Part shown: piece by piece, positions 9,053 through 16,546 of the stretch
Layout: the number at the start of each line of letters is the position of its first letter
Numbering within the stretch: position 1 is the first letter of the stretch
IMG/VR virus record: IMGVR_UViG_3300037797_000107
Location: 1-49,662 of that record
Length of the DNA: 49,662 bases
Reading direction: 5' to 3' (one strand)
Source of the DNA: a virus
Lineage: Duplodnaviria > Caudoviricetes
The notes under the pieces: generated by a model
Databases searched by the model: none
What the model was told of the DNA's origin: nothing
What the model saw: the letters and a program-made list of their open reading frames with translations, nothing else
Position numbers and translations under genes: made by a program

Positions 9053-9874
9053 TCAGTTCGTCCCGATCGCCATGCAACCGTCGATCCGCGCGTTCGCAAC
9101 GCCGCTGCGTCTCAGCCATCCGACCATGTCCGCGTGATACTCGTCGTCCGTCCGACCGTCGGCGAAATCGAAATACGCCTTGTTCGACGGCAGGTGCAGG
9201 GAGATGGAGATGTACCGGCACCCGGAGAGCTCTCGCACCGGCGGTCCGTCCGCGATCGCGTACTCTCCGCCCTCGATGTCCATCTTCAGGTAGTCGATTG
9301 AACCGTGTTCCAGGAGGATCGGGGAGAGAAGATCCGATAGGGAGATCGTCTCCACGTCGCACTCGGAGAGCTTCGACCCCTTGAACGCGAGCGACCGCTG
9401 CCCGGGGAACGGTGATCCCATCCGCAACGGGACGAGCGTGTCGGACTCCACGGCGACCGCCCGCTCGATGATCTCCACCTTGTGCTCCAGCTCGTTGTTC
9501 TTCGCGTTCCGCCGCAGGATCATGAGATTCAGGGGCGAGGGCTCCACGGCGTAGACGTACGCGCCGCGCTGCGCCGCCTGCAGGGCGAACGTGCCCGCGT
9601 GCGCCCCGATGTCCACGACGATGCTCAGGGGGCCGGGGTACTTCGCGATCTCCTTCCGGGTGTCCTCCAGCAGGTGCGATTCGTTCGGCTGGATCTGGAA
9701 GGTCAGGCCCTCCCACTCGATCGACGCGGTGACGAGTCCGCAGATCGCCAGTCCGGGCTTCGTCCACCAGTCGCACGTCGCGTTCGCATCGAACGCCGCG
9801 CCGCCCTTCACCTGGCAGAACCGGATCGTCCCCTCCCCCGCGCCGTGCGCGCAGGAGTCGCAGGTCTGCGTCAC
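9053..9874 (-). CDS. FkbM-family methyltransferase with Cys-rich N terminus
   Basis: VVDIGAHAGTF, YAVEP, IDYLKMDIEGGEY. GTG start overlaps the gpF stop. Confidence 0.85.
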   Translation of the reverse strand: MTQTCDSCAHGAGEGTIRFCQVKGGAAFDANATCDWWTKPGLAICGLVTASIEWEGLTFQIQPNESHLLEDTRKEIAKYPGPLSIVVDIGAHAGTFALQAAQRGAYVYAVEPSPLNLMILRRNAKNNELEHKVEIIERAVAVESDTLVPLRMGSPFPGQRSLAFKGSKLSECDVETISLSDLLSPILLEHGSIDYLKMDIEGGEYAIADGPPVRELSGCRYISISLHLPSNKAYFDFADGRTDDEYHADMVGWLRRSGVANARIDGCMAIGTN

Positions 9875-10635
9875 GAAACCCTCCCTGTCGCCGCGATCCC
9901 TTCCGAGACCGTCGGCGTTGCGAACCCCGTCTGCGGCTTCACGTCGATTACCCCCTGCTTGAGCATCTGCTCCTGCCACCCGTGGTCGAGCCGGGTCACG
10001 GGGAGAAGCATCGACCGGCAGTTGTAATGGTTCGGCGGCGGGTATCCGTTCAGCGTCGCCTCCGTGAAGATCTTCCCGTGGAGCGCACGGCAGATCGGCG
10101 TCGTGACCGAATCGATGATCGCCGAGTACCGGTACGCCTGCACCCACCCGCGAAGCTCCGGCTGCTGCATCATGGTGAGGCGAGAATGGTTGTACATGTC
10201 CATCACGTTCGTCCGGGCGATCACCTCGGAGCGGGACGCCACATTCACCCTGCGGCCCGCGGCGTCCGTCGCCGGCAGCCACTCCCGCAGCGACTCGTAC
10301 AGGCCCTCCTCGAAGCCGGATCCCGAGGGGTTCTCCACCGGGTGTTCCTTCGACCAGTTGAGGATGTAGTTCCGCGCCACTTTCAGGATCGCGTCTTTCA
10401 CGATTCCCGTGATCCAGAATGCCCGCTCCGCCGCGTACCGCTCCAGAATCCGGTCCGCCGTCGGAAACAGGGATTTCTTCGCCGCGAAGGTGCGCGGCTG
10501 CAGCTGCAATTCCTGCTCGAGGTGCGTTATGCCGAGAGAGGCCGCGGCGTCCAGCATCCGGCGGACGGCCCGCTTGATCTTCGTCGCCTCATCGCCCGGA
10601 AAGGTCAGGCGGTCCAGATTCAGGATTTTTTTTTT
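9871..10635 (-). CDS. Head morphogenesis protein (Mu gpF / SPP1 gp7-like), probably made as a frameshift extension of portal
   Basis: IARTN, YSAIIDSVTTPICRALHG, PPNHYNCRS. The frame is open up to the A10 run; the first ATG (10557) has no RBS. Confidence 0.8.
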   Translation of the reverse strand, partial: KKKILNLDRLTFPGDEATKIKRAVRRMLDAAASLGITHLEQELQLQPRTFAAKKSLFPTADRILERYAAERAFWITGIVKDAILKVARNYILNWSKEHPVENPSGSGFEEGLYESLREWLPATDAAGRRVNVASRSEVIARTNVMDMYNHSRLTMMQQPELRGWVQAYRYSAIIDSVTTPICRALHGKIFTEATLNGYPPPNHYNCRSMLLPVTRLDHGWQEQMLKQGVIDVKPQTGFATPTVSEGIAATGRVS

Positions 10636-12131
10636 GCGTCGACCGCCAGCGCCAGGATGGAGTCCGAGAACGCATCGGAGAGCTCGCGCTTGGAGGTCTC
10701 ATCCAGTCCGTCCAGGTCGGCTACGTGCTCGTTCCATGACTTGCGCGCTTCCTGCGCGTTCAGCGTGGAGAGGACGTACACCTTGTCCATCCCGTTCCCC
10801 TTTCCGTTTCCTTTCCCGCTGCCCTTCGGCAGGGACTGCGTCCCCGGGGCCGGTTCCTTGGGCTCGAGCATCTTCTTCTTCTCGGCGTCGGTCGCCTCCG
10901 GGAAACCGAGCAGCCCGCGCGTGTGCTCCTCCGTCTCCGGCGTGGAGGTGGCGGCGCCCTTGGAGACCGCATCGGACCATGCGGAGACGAACGCGTTCTT
11001 GTCCTCCTCGCGCATCGGCTTAAACTTGAACTGCGGATACGCCTCCTGCTTCCCGAAGTTCATCTCGACCAGGGGACGGACGAGCTGCTCGTTGATGGTC
11101 TCCTCGACCTCCCGGGAGTCGCCGCCCAGGACCATGTCGAACGTATCGGACTCGGTCTGGCTGCGGGCCAGCGATCCCTTGTCCTGGCCGGCGGACAGTC
11201 CCAGCAGCGTCGGCAGGAGGATCGCCCGGGCGATGGAGACGTTCAGCGTGTCGATCGCCGCGGCGAAGGTCTCCTTGCCGGCGTTCGACGGCTCGAGGAA
11301 GTTTAGCTCCAAGTTATCCGGCGCCACCGCCGCCATGCCCGCCTGCAGGTTCGAAACGATCGTGCGGAACTTCGCCTGGTCGGCGGCGTCCACCGTGGGG
11401 GAGGTCACCTTGCCCCACACCAGCGGGATGCCGAACTTCTCCAGGTACATGCCCCAGTACCGGAAGAAATTGACCTTCAGGAACCAGAACCGGTAGGCGG
11501 CCTTCAGGTCCGATTCCCCGTAGAAGTTGTCGAACTCCTGCTGGTAGACGTGCAGGATGAACTTGCCCGGGTCCAGCGGCTTGCGCGTCCCGGTCTGCTG
11601 CGTCTGGATGATCCCCATGGGTTTGAGCTTGCCGAACGGATCCACGTCGAAGTCGATCCGCGTGGGGGATTTCTGCCGCAGCGCCTCGATGCCCACCTTC
11701 CCGGCGAACGGTCCGGCCTCAATGTACCGGTACACCTTCTCGTGCAGCGAGAACCCGTAGTCGTAGGCCGACAGGATCGACCGGATCGACCCCTCGACGG
11801 TCCCATCCATGCCGTCGAAGACCGCCTGGACGAACTCGTTCTGCTGCTCGTCGTCCCCCTCCACGGTCCACCCCGGATGGGTGATGGCGGCTTTTTTCAG
11901 ATGCAGCGCCGCCTTGACCTGGTCGTCCTCCCGCATCTTCTTGTAGATCCCCAGCCCGCCCTTCGTCGCGGCGAGCGTGTCGGGGTTGTACCGCTGCACC
12001 CCCCAGTGGAGGCCGTAGATATCGTCGACGGAAGTGGCGGTCTCGCCCGTGAACCGGGGCTTGCCCGCTGCGAGGTACTCCCGCAGTTCCGGCTCGTACC
12101 GACGCATCAGCCACGAAACGAATGCCCCCAT
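10620..12131 (-). CDS. Portal protein (Mu gp29/DUF935-like), 503 aa
   Basis: YKKMREDD, YGFSLHEKVY, YGESDL, EKFGIP, INEQLVRPLVEMNFG; follows TerL. Confidence 0.9.
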   Translation of the reverse strand: MGAFVSWLMRRYEPELREYLAAGKPRFTGETATSVDDIYGLHWGVQRYNPDTLAATKGGLGIYKKMREDDQVKAALHLKKAAITHPGWTVEGDDEQQNEFVQAVFDGMDGTVEGSIRSILSAYDYGFSLHEKVYRYIEAGPFAGKVGIEALRQKSPTRIDFDVDPFGKLKPMGIIQTQQTGTRKPLDPGKFILHVYQQEFDNFYGESDLKAAYRFWFLKVNFFRYWGMYLEKFGIPLVWGKVTSPTVDAADQAKFRTIVSNLQAGMAAVAPDNLELNFLEPSNAGKETFAAAIDTLNVSIARAILLPTLLGLSAGQDKGSLARSQTESDTFDMVLGGDSREVEETINEQLVRPLVEMNFGKQEAYPQFKFKPMREEDKNAFVSAWSDAVSKGAATSTPETEEHTRGLLGFPEATDAEKKKMLEPKEPAPGTQSLPKGSGKGNGKGNGMDKVYVLSTLNAQEARKSWNEHVADLDGLDETSKRELSDAFSDSILALAVDAKKKS

Positions 12132-13552
12132 CAGTACGGTTCCTCCATCATCGTTCCGATGCTGCGGAATCCCGTGTCCACCGTCATGCGCTCGGGCTCC
12201 GGGACGGCGTGCTCCGCGATGCTTTTCAAGCGGTTGATCCCGTGCACGAAGGCGTCGACCATGTCGTCGTTCGCCCCGCCCGGGAACGCCATCATCTCCT
12301 CGAAGAACATCTCGACCCACGGCGCGTCGGCGTCGTAATAGACCCGGCCGGACTCGCACATCGGCGTCGCGGCGTTGGCCCGCAGCACCTTGTCCTTGTC
12401 GGCTTCCAGCGGGATGATCGGCAACCGCGTGTTGCGCTGCAACTCCTGGATCAGCATCGCGCCGGCGTCCTTGTCCTCGATGCAGACCTCGTCGGCCTTC
12501 CACGCGGCCTGGAACTCTACCGCCTTGCGCTTCAGGTCCGGGTACTCGACCTTCTCGCGCCACACGTTGCGCAGGAACACGCCGCCGGTGCGAAGCTCCA
12601 GCGTCACGCACGCGGAGTAGTCGTTCACCTTCTTCGTCTTATGCGCGGTGTCCCATATCTGCGAGGTGCGCAGCAGCCCGCCGAACGGCTCGCCCTTGTG
12701 CGGGCGGAACCACTCGCGCTTGAAGACGTTCCCCTGCTCCTTGGGAGGTTTCTGCTGGTAGAGGGACTGCCAGACCATCGATCCCTGCGTGTCGCGGATC
12801 CTCAGGAGCTCGTGCAGCGGCTTGCCAGCCGGCCAGAGGGCCTCGCCCTTTTTGCGGAACGCGTCATCGACCATCGCGATCGCCGGGAAGGATACGATCT
12901 CCCAGTGCTCGCCGGTTTCCTTCGCCTGCTTCAGGATCCGCCCCGCCAGGTCGTCGTCGTGCCAGCGGGTCATGATGAGGATGATGGCGCCGCCCTTGTG
13001 CACGCGGGTCAGCGCGACGGAGATGTACCAGTTCCAGACCTTCTCCCGGATGACTGGGGAGAACGCCTCCTCGTAGTCCTTGAACGGATCGTCGATGATC
13101 AGGACATCGGCGCCGCGGCCGGTCAGGGGGCCGCCCACCCCGACCGCGACGTACCGCCCGCCCTTGACCGTGCTCCAGCGGTCCGCGGCGGCGGAGTCCG
13201 ATGCGATTACTTTTCCGAAGATCTCTTCGTAAAGGGGATCGGAGACGAGGTTCCGCGCCTGCCGTCCGAAGTCGGTGACGAGCTCTCCGGAGTAGGACGC
13301 GCAAGCGATACTTCGATGTGGATTCCTCCCGAGGTACCAAGCCGGGAAACGAATGGAACCAAGTTCGCTTTTCCCGTGCCGGGGGGGCTCGAAGAGCATG
13401 AGCCGGGTGATTTCCCCCCGCTCGACGGCTTCGAGTTTGGCGGATGTTTCTTCATGGTGCCAGCCGGGAATATACCCCGGCTTCGTCAGGATGGCAAAAT
13501 CAATCAGATGACGGCGTGCCAGCTCCGCGACGGCTTTGGCCTGCGAGTGCAC
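12131..13552 (-). CDS. terL: Terminase large subunit
   Basis: PPRHGKS (Walker A), LTGRGADVLIIDDP, MTRWHDDDLAG, FPGGANDDMVDA. Confidence 0.95.
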   Translation of the reverse strand: MHSQAKAVAELARRHLIDFAILTKPGYIPGWHHEETSAKLEAVERGEITRLMLFEPPRHGKSELGSIRFPAWYLGRNPHRSIACASYSGELVTDFGRQARNLVSDPLYEEIFGKVIASDSAAADRWSTVKGGRYVAVGVGGPLTGRGADVLIIDDPFKDYEEAFSPVIREKVWNWYISVALTRVHKGGAIILIMTRWHDDDLAGRILKQAKETGEHWEIVSFPAIAMVDDAFRKKGEALWPAGKPLHELLRIRDTQGSMVWQSLYQQKPPKEQGNVFKREWFRPHKGEPFGGLLRTSQIWDTAHKTKKVNDYSACVTLELRTGGVFLRNVWREKVEYPDLKRKAVEFQAAWKADEVCIEDKDAGAMLIQELQRNTRLPIIPLEADKDKVLRANAATPMCESGRVYYDADAPWVEMFFEEMMAFPGGANDDMVDAFVHGINRLKSIAEHAVPEPERMTVDTGFRSIGTMMEEPY

Positions 13553-14087
13553 GCAGTTGCTCCTCCGACATTTCGGTGAGGGCGTGGGCGATCGGTCCGC
13601 CGTCGGCGCCGGTCAGCTCGACCTTCTCGGTCAGCAGCTTGTGGTGCCGGGCGAGGATCTCGAGCGCGCGGACCTTGTCCGAGAGTTTCAACTTGCGGTT
13701 GCGTCCGATGTGCTCCCGGTCTTTCCCGCGGCCTTCGAACAGCTCCTCGACCTCGATCCCCGCGATCGCCTTGCGGACATGCGCCGGGATCGATCGGAGG
13801 GGCCGGAGGGCGTTGTCCTCGTCGAAGATGTCCGCGATGTCGACGGACGCGATCTCCGCAAGCCCCACCAGCACGTCGTCCGCCGTCATCCGGATCCGCT
13901 TCACCTGCGCCTTCTGTGCAGCCTTGACTGCTGCTGCGATTTCTGGATCACTCAACAGGCGGTGGCCCTGCTGCTTCGCGCCCTTGGTAGAGTACCCCGC
14001 CCGGATGGTGGCTTCCTTGGCGTTCAGGTCGACTAGGTATTCCTCGACGAATCGTTGCCGTTTGAAATCGTTTCTGTGCCGCCCCAT
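13500..14087 (-). CDS. terS: Terminase small subunit
   Basis: FVEEYLVDLNAKEATIRAGYS, DKVRALEILARH, VELTGADGGPI. Confidence 0.92.
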   Translation of the reverse strand: MGRHRNDFKRQRFVEEYLVDLNAKEATIRAGYSTKGAKQQGHRLLSDPEIAAAVKAAQKAQVKRIRMTADDVLVGLAEIASVDIADIFDEDNALRPLRSIPAHVRKAIAGIEVEELFEGRGKDREHIGRNRKLKLSDKVRALEILARHHKLLTEKVELTGADGGPIAHALTEMSEEQLRALAGQSRRGAGTPSSD

Positions 14088-14094
14088 CTTCCCC

Positions 14095-14298
14095 TCACGC
14101 CATCGCTTCCGCGTTCACCCGCCTTGCGTGCGCCGCTTCCGCCCGCGCCCTGCGCGCTCCCGTCGGGCACACGTCGCACGGCCTGATCGTTCGCTCCCGG
14201 CACTCCGCCGGGCAGATCCTCCGCCGAAGACACGCCCGCTCCCGCTCCAGGTTCCGGCATGTACGCCATGCGTGACCGGGGGGTAGGCGTTGGCCCAT
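14095..14298 (-). CDS. Small Cys/Arg-rich hypothetical protein
   Basis: GAGG RBS; lies between the putative late promoter and terS. Confidence 0.4.
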   Translation of the reverse strand: MGQRLPPGHAWRTCRNLERERACLRRRICPAECRERTIRPCDVCPTGARRARAEAAHARRVNAEAMA

Positions 14299-14317
14299 TT
14301 GCGCCTCTGTGGGGGGA

Positions 14318-14360
14318 ATGAAAAAGGCCCGAAATCGGACGGTGCCGATTATTCGGGCCT
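14318..14360 (-). terminator. Intrinsic terminator just downstream of the putative late promoter
   Basis: AGGCCCGAATAATCGG...CCGATTTCGGGCCT followed by TTTTCATT. Confidence 0.65.
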
Positions 14361-14371
14361 CACGGGAGGGG

Positions 14372-14400
14372 ATTGTTTCATCCGAATTTCAGGATGTCAA
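14372..14400 (-). promoter_or_regulatory. Putative late promoter
   Basis: TTGACA-17 nt-AACAAT with an extended TG, pointing toward terS. Confidence 0.55.
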
Positions 14401-14783
14401 GCCCCTTTTTTCTTCCGCAGGCATCCCCGCCTCGCCTTCGGGCACCTCGGGATGAAGTCGATGACGCACAGTTCGCATTCAAAGTGCCGCACCGCCCGCA
14501 TGAGAATCTTCATCTCGGCGTCCGTCCATTCCGGCTTCGGTAATTTCGGATCCGGGATGAAGTACAACATGAACCAATACGGGCGTTCGCCGCTTCCGGG
14601 GTCCGTGGCCTCCGCGCGCACCCACACCGTGAGGGCATCAAGGTAGGCGTAGTCTTTCGGCGCCGCACTACCGCTGCCTCCGAATTCTTTTGTCGGCGTA
14701 TTCGTCCTCCCGCCGCGGCGCTTCATCAGTTCCGTGGTGGCCTTGTCGTAGGCGTCGAGGATGTCCTCGTACTTCGGCTTCAC
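14397..14783 (-). CDS. Hypothetical protein, possibly a late-gene regulator
   Basis: GTG start (MKPKYEDILDAY) coupled to the upstream ORF; last gene before the late promoter. Confidence 0.55.
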   Translation of the reverse strand: MKPKYEDILDAYDKATTELMKRRGGRTNTPTKEFGGSGSAAPKDYAYLDALTVWVRAEATDPGSGERPYWFMLYFIPDPKLPKPEWTDAEMKILMRAVRHFECELCVIDFIPRCPKARRGCLRKKKGA

Positions 14784-14959
14784 GCCGCGTCCTTCGGCGA
14801 CTGCTCCGCCACCTTCGCCCACTCCACGTCCTGGCGCCGCATGATCGTGGTCACGTACCGCTTCCGGCACTCGGGGCATTCAACCTCCGCGTCCGGCCCC
14901 ACGACGAACTGCCCGCGATAGGAGCAGGTTCGGCAGAAGTACCATGTGGCGTCAGGCAT
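14780..14959 (-). CDS. Small zinc-ribbon protein (59 aa)
   Basis: MPDATWYFCRTC...ECPECRK; GGAGGAG RBS; below the ORF-track length cutoff. Confidence 0.6.
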   Translation of the reverse strand: MPDATWYFCRTCSYRGQFVVGPDAEVECPECRKRYVTTIMRRQDVEWAKVAEQSPKDAA

Positions 14960-15356
14960 GGATCTCCTCCAGAGCGATCACGACCCGCGGGGGATCGCCG
15001 TAGGCTTTCCTCACTTCGAGCGCCACGATCTGCGAGTCGTCGCGGTAGACCACGCTGCGTAGCGCGTCCTTGATCGCCTTCCCCAGGTTGTCGCAGTCCG
15101 GCTTCTTGACGTGGTGCTGCACCCGCTTCGGCAGCGACTTTGGGCGGGGCAGGTGGAAGAACAGTTTCAGGCCGAGCGGCCCGTCGTGAATCTCCGGCGC
15201 CCCATTGAGCGCGTCGAGCACCGCCGCCTTCACGTCCTGCTTCCAGGTGCGCGATTTGTCGGGATCGTAGGCCCGCACGAAGTTCCCAATCCGGGCGAAG
15301 CGTGGGCGCCCCTGCGCGACGGGGGAGCCGTAGACCGTGAAGACATGCTGGTTCAC
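14952..15356 (-). CDS. rusA: RusA-family Holliday junction resolvase
   Basis: PVAQGRPRF, KPDCDNLGKAIKDAL, YRDDSQIV. Confidence 0.92.
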   Translation of the reverse strand: MNQHVFTVYGSPVAQGRPRFARIGNFVRAYDPDKSRTWKQDVKAAVLDALNGAPEIHDGPLGLKLFFHLPRPKSLPKRVQHHVKKPDCDNLGKAIKDALRSVVYRDDSQIVALEVRKAYGDPPRVVIALEEIHA

Positions 15357-15577
15357 TTCGCCTTCGCCATCGGCAGCTCCATCTGTGCCGCCGCGATGGT
15401 GACATGCACATCCAACTCCTGCATGGCGATCAGGTCCTGCAGCTCGGCGATCCCCTTCTCGGTCGGCACGAACTCGATCAGAACTCGCGCCACCAGTTTC
15501 GGGTTGCCCTCCGAGTCGAGCTTGCGTCCCGTGGTGATTTGCTTCACCTCGCCGTCGATCTTCACCGTGTTCGCCAT
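15353..15577 (-). CDS. Hypothetical protein (74 aa)
   Basis: Strong RBS; coupled to rusA. Confidence 0.65.
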   Translation of the reverse strand: MANTVKIDGEVKQITTGRKLDSEGNPKLVARVLIEFVPTEKGIAELQDLIAMQELDVHVTIAAAQMELPMAKAK

Positions 15578-15645
15578 CCTCTCCTCCCTCCGGGTCAACG
15601 TCGGTCAACCCTTTTAGGTGTGCGGATCGTGAGCGTCGTGGGCCG

Positions 15646-16254
15646 TCAACCTGGCTGTCCGATTCTGCCGAGAATCCCCTGGTCCTGATCCGGATCGTGC
15701 TGTGGGCAATACCACCGACCGTTGATCTTGATCGTCCCCCGCTTATCGCAGCCGAGGTGATGCTGGCAGGCGTCCTTTTTGGGGAGGGGTACGGGCGCAA
15801 CGGCGGGGGCCTCAGAGCCCCCGGCCGGGGCGCTTGGCGTAAGATCTTTTCCTTCTGGTACTGCTGGTACTGCCGGGGTTCCCGACACTCTCGGGAGTTT
15901 GTCGGGAGTTTGTCGGGACTTTATCCCGAGTCTTTTAGTGTACTCATCCCCATATTTCAATATGTTAGGCGCATCAACCTTAATTAAACCGCCATCCTCA
16001 GTAAGTTGGACCAATCGCGCCTCATCCATGAACCTCAGCAGAACCTGCGCCTTTTGTGTCGAGGTTCTGAGATGTCTGGCCCAATTTCGCCACGAAAGTT
16101 CGAGGGAGGTCGAGACACATTCGGGACGTATTTGGGAGGCGATCTTCTCCAAAACGATCCAGTACGCCCCATATCCTGCCAGCCCCGCGCGCTCGATTAA
16201 TTTCTCGTGTTTCTGATCCTCAACAGAGGAGGTCATGTGGTTGAAATATTTCAT
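15646..16254 (-). CDS. Replication initiator (Lin1244/DUF4373-like N terminus)
   Basis: MKYFNH...D.K...LIERAGLAGYGAYWIVLEKIA; contains internal iteron-like repeats. Confidence 0.75.
   Translation of the reverse strand: MKYFNHMTSSVEDQKHEKLIERAGLAGYGAYWIVLEKIASQIRPECVSTSLELSWRNWARHLRTSTQKAQVLLRFMDEARLVQLTEDGGLIKVDAPNILKYGDEYTKRLGIKSRQTPDKLPRVSGTPAVPAVPEGKDLTPSAPAGGSEAPAVAPVPLPKKDACQHHLGCDKRGTIKINGRWYCPQHDPDQDQGILGRIGQPG
15880..15929. repeat. Iteron-like repeats (probable replication origin)
   Basis: TCGGGAGTTTG x2 plus TCGGGACTTTA at 11-bp spacing, flanked by inverted TCCCGA and next to an AT-rich tract. Confidence 0.65.
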
Positions 16255-16475
16255 GACGGCATCGGGGGAAACTGCGGCCTGGCGTCCCGATCGTTGAATG
16301 CCTTCTCGATCAAGTCCCCGATGGGGGTCTGCGCGCATATCTGGCAGATCCAGTAGTTCTCGCCCACCGAGAACAGTCCGGGGTCGCCGCCGGTGGTGAC
16401 GGAGATCTCGACACAGACGGCCTCCACCCCACAGAGGGAACATTTCTGTTGCTGTAAATCTTCTTTTTTCGCCAC
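16251..16475 (-). CDS. Small zinc-finger protein
   Basis: CSLC...ICQIC; coupled to the initiator gene. Confidence 0.6.
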   Translation of the reverse strand: MAKKEDLQQQKCSLCGVEAVCVEISVTTGGDPGLFSVGENYWICQICAQTPIGDLIEKAFNDRDARPQFPPMPS

Positions 16476-16546
16476 CCTATCTCCCCTCCCTCACGCTCTC
16501 GCCAGCAGGTCCACGAACCAGAACTTGTCGACCTTGCGGATGTCGA

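Noticed and set aside
9871-12131. Portal/gpF as a pseudogene
   Set aside because: Portal is full length and the gpF motifs are intact, so recoding or a homopolymer error is more likely.
94-14286. Long plus-strand ORFs (1689-3476, 3480-4826, 5738-7219, 7801-9384, 9982-11496, 12122-13579)
   Set aside because: They are antisense shadows of well-supported genes in high-GC DNA.
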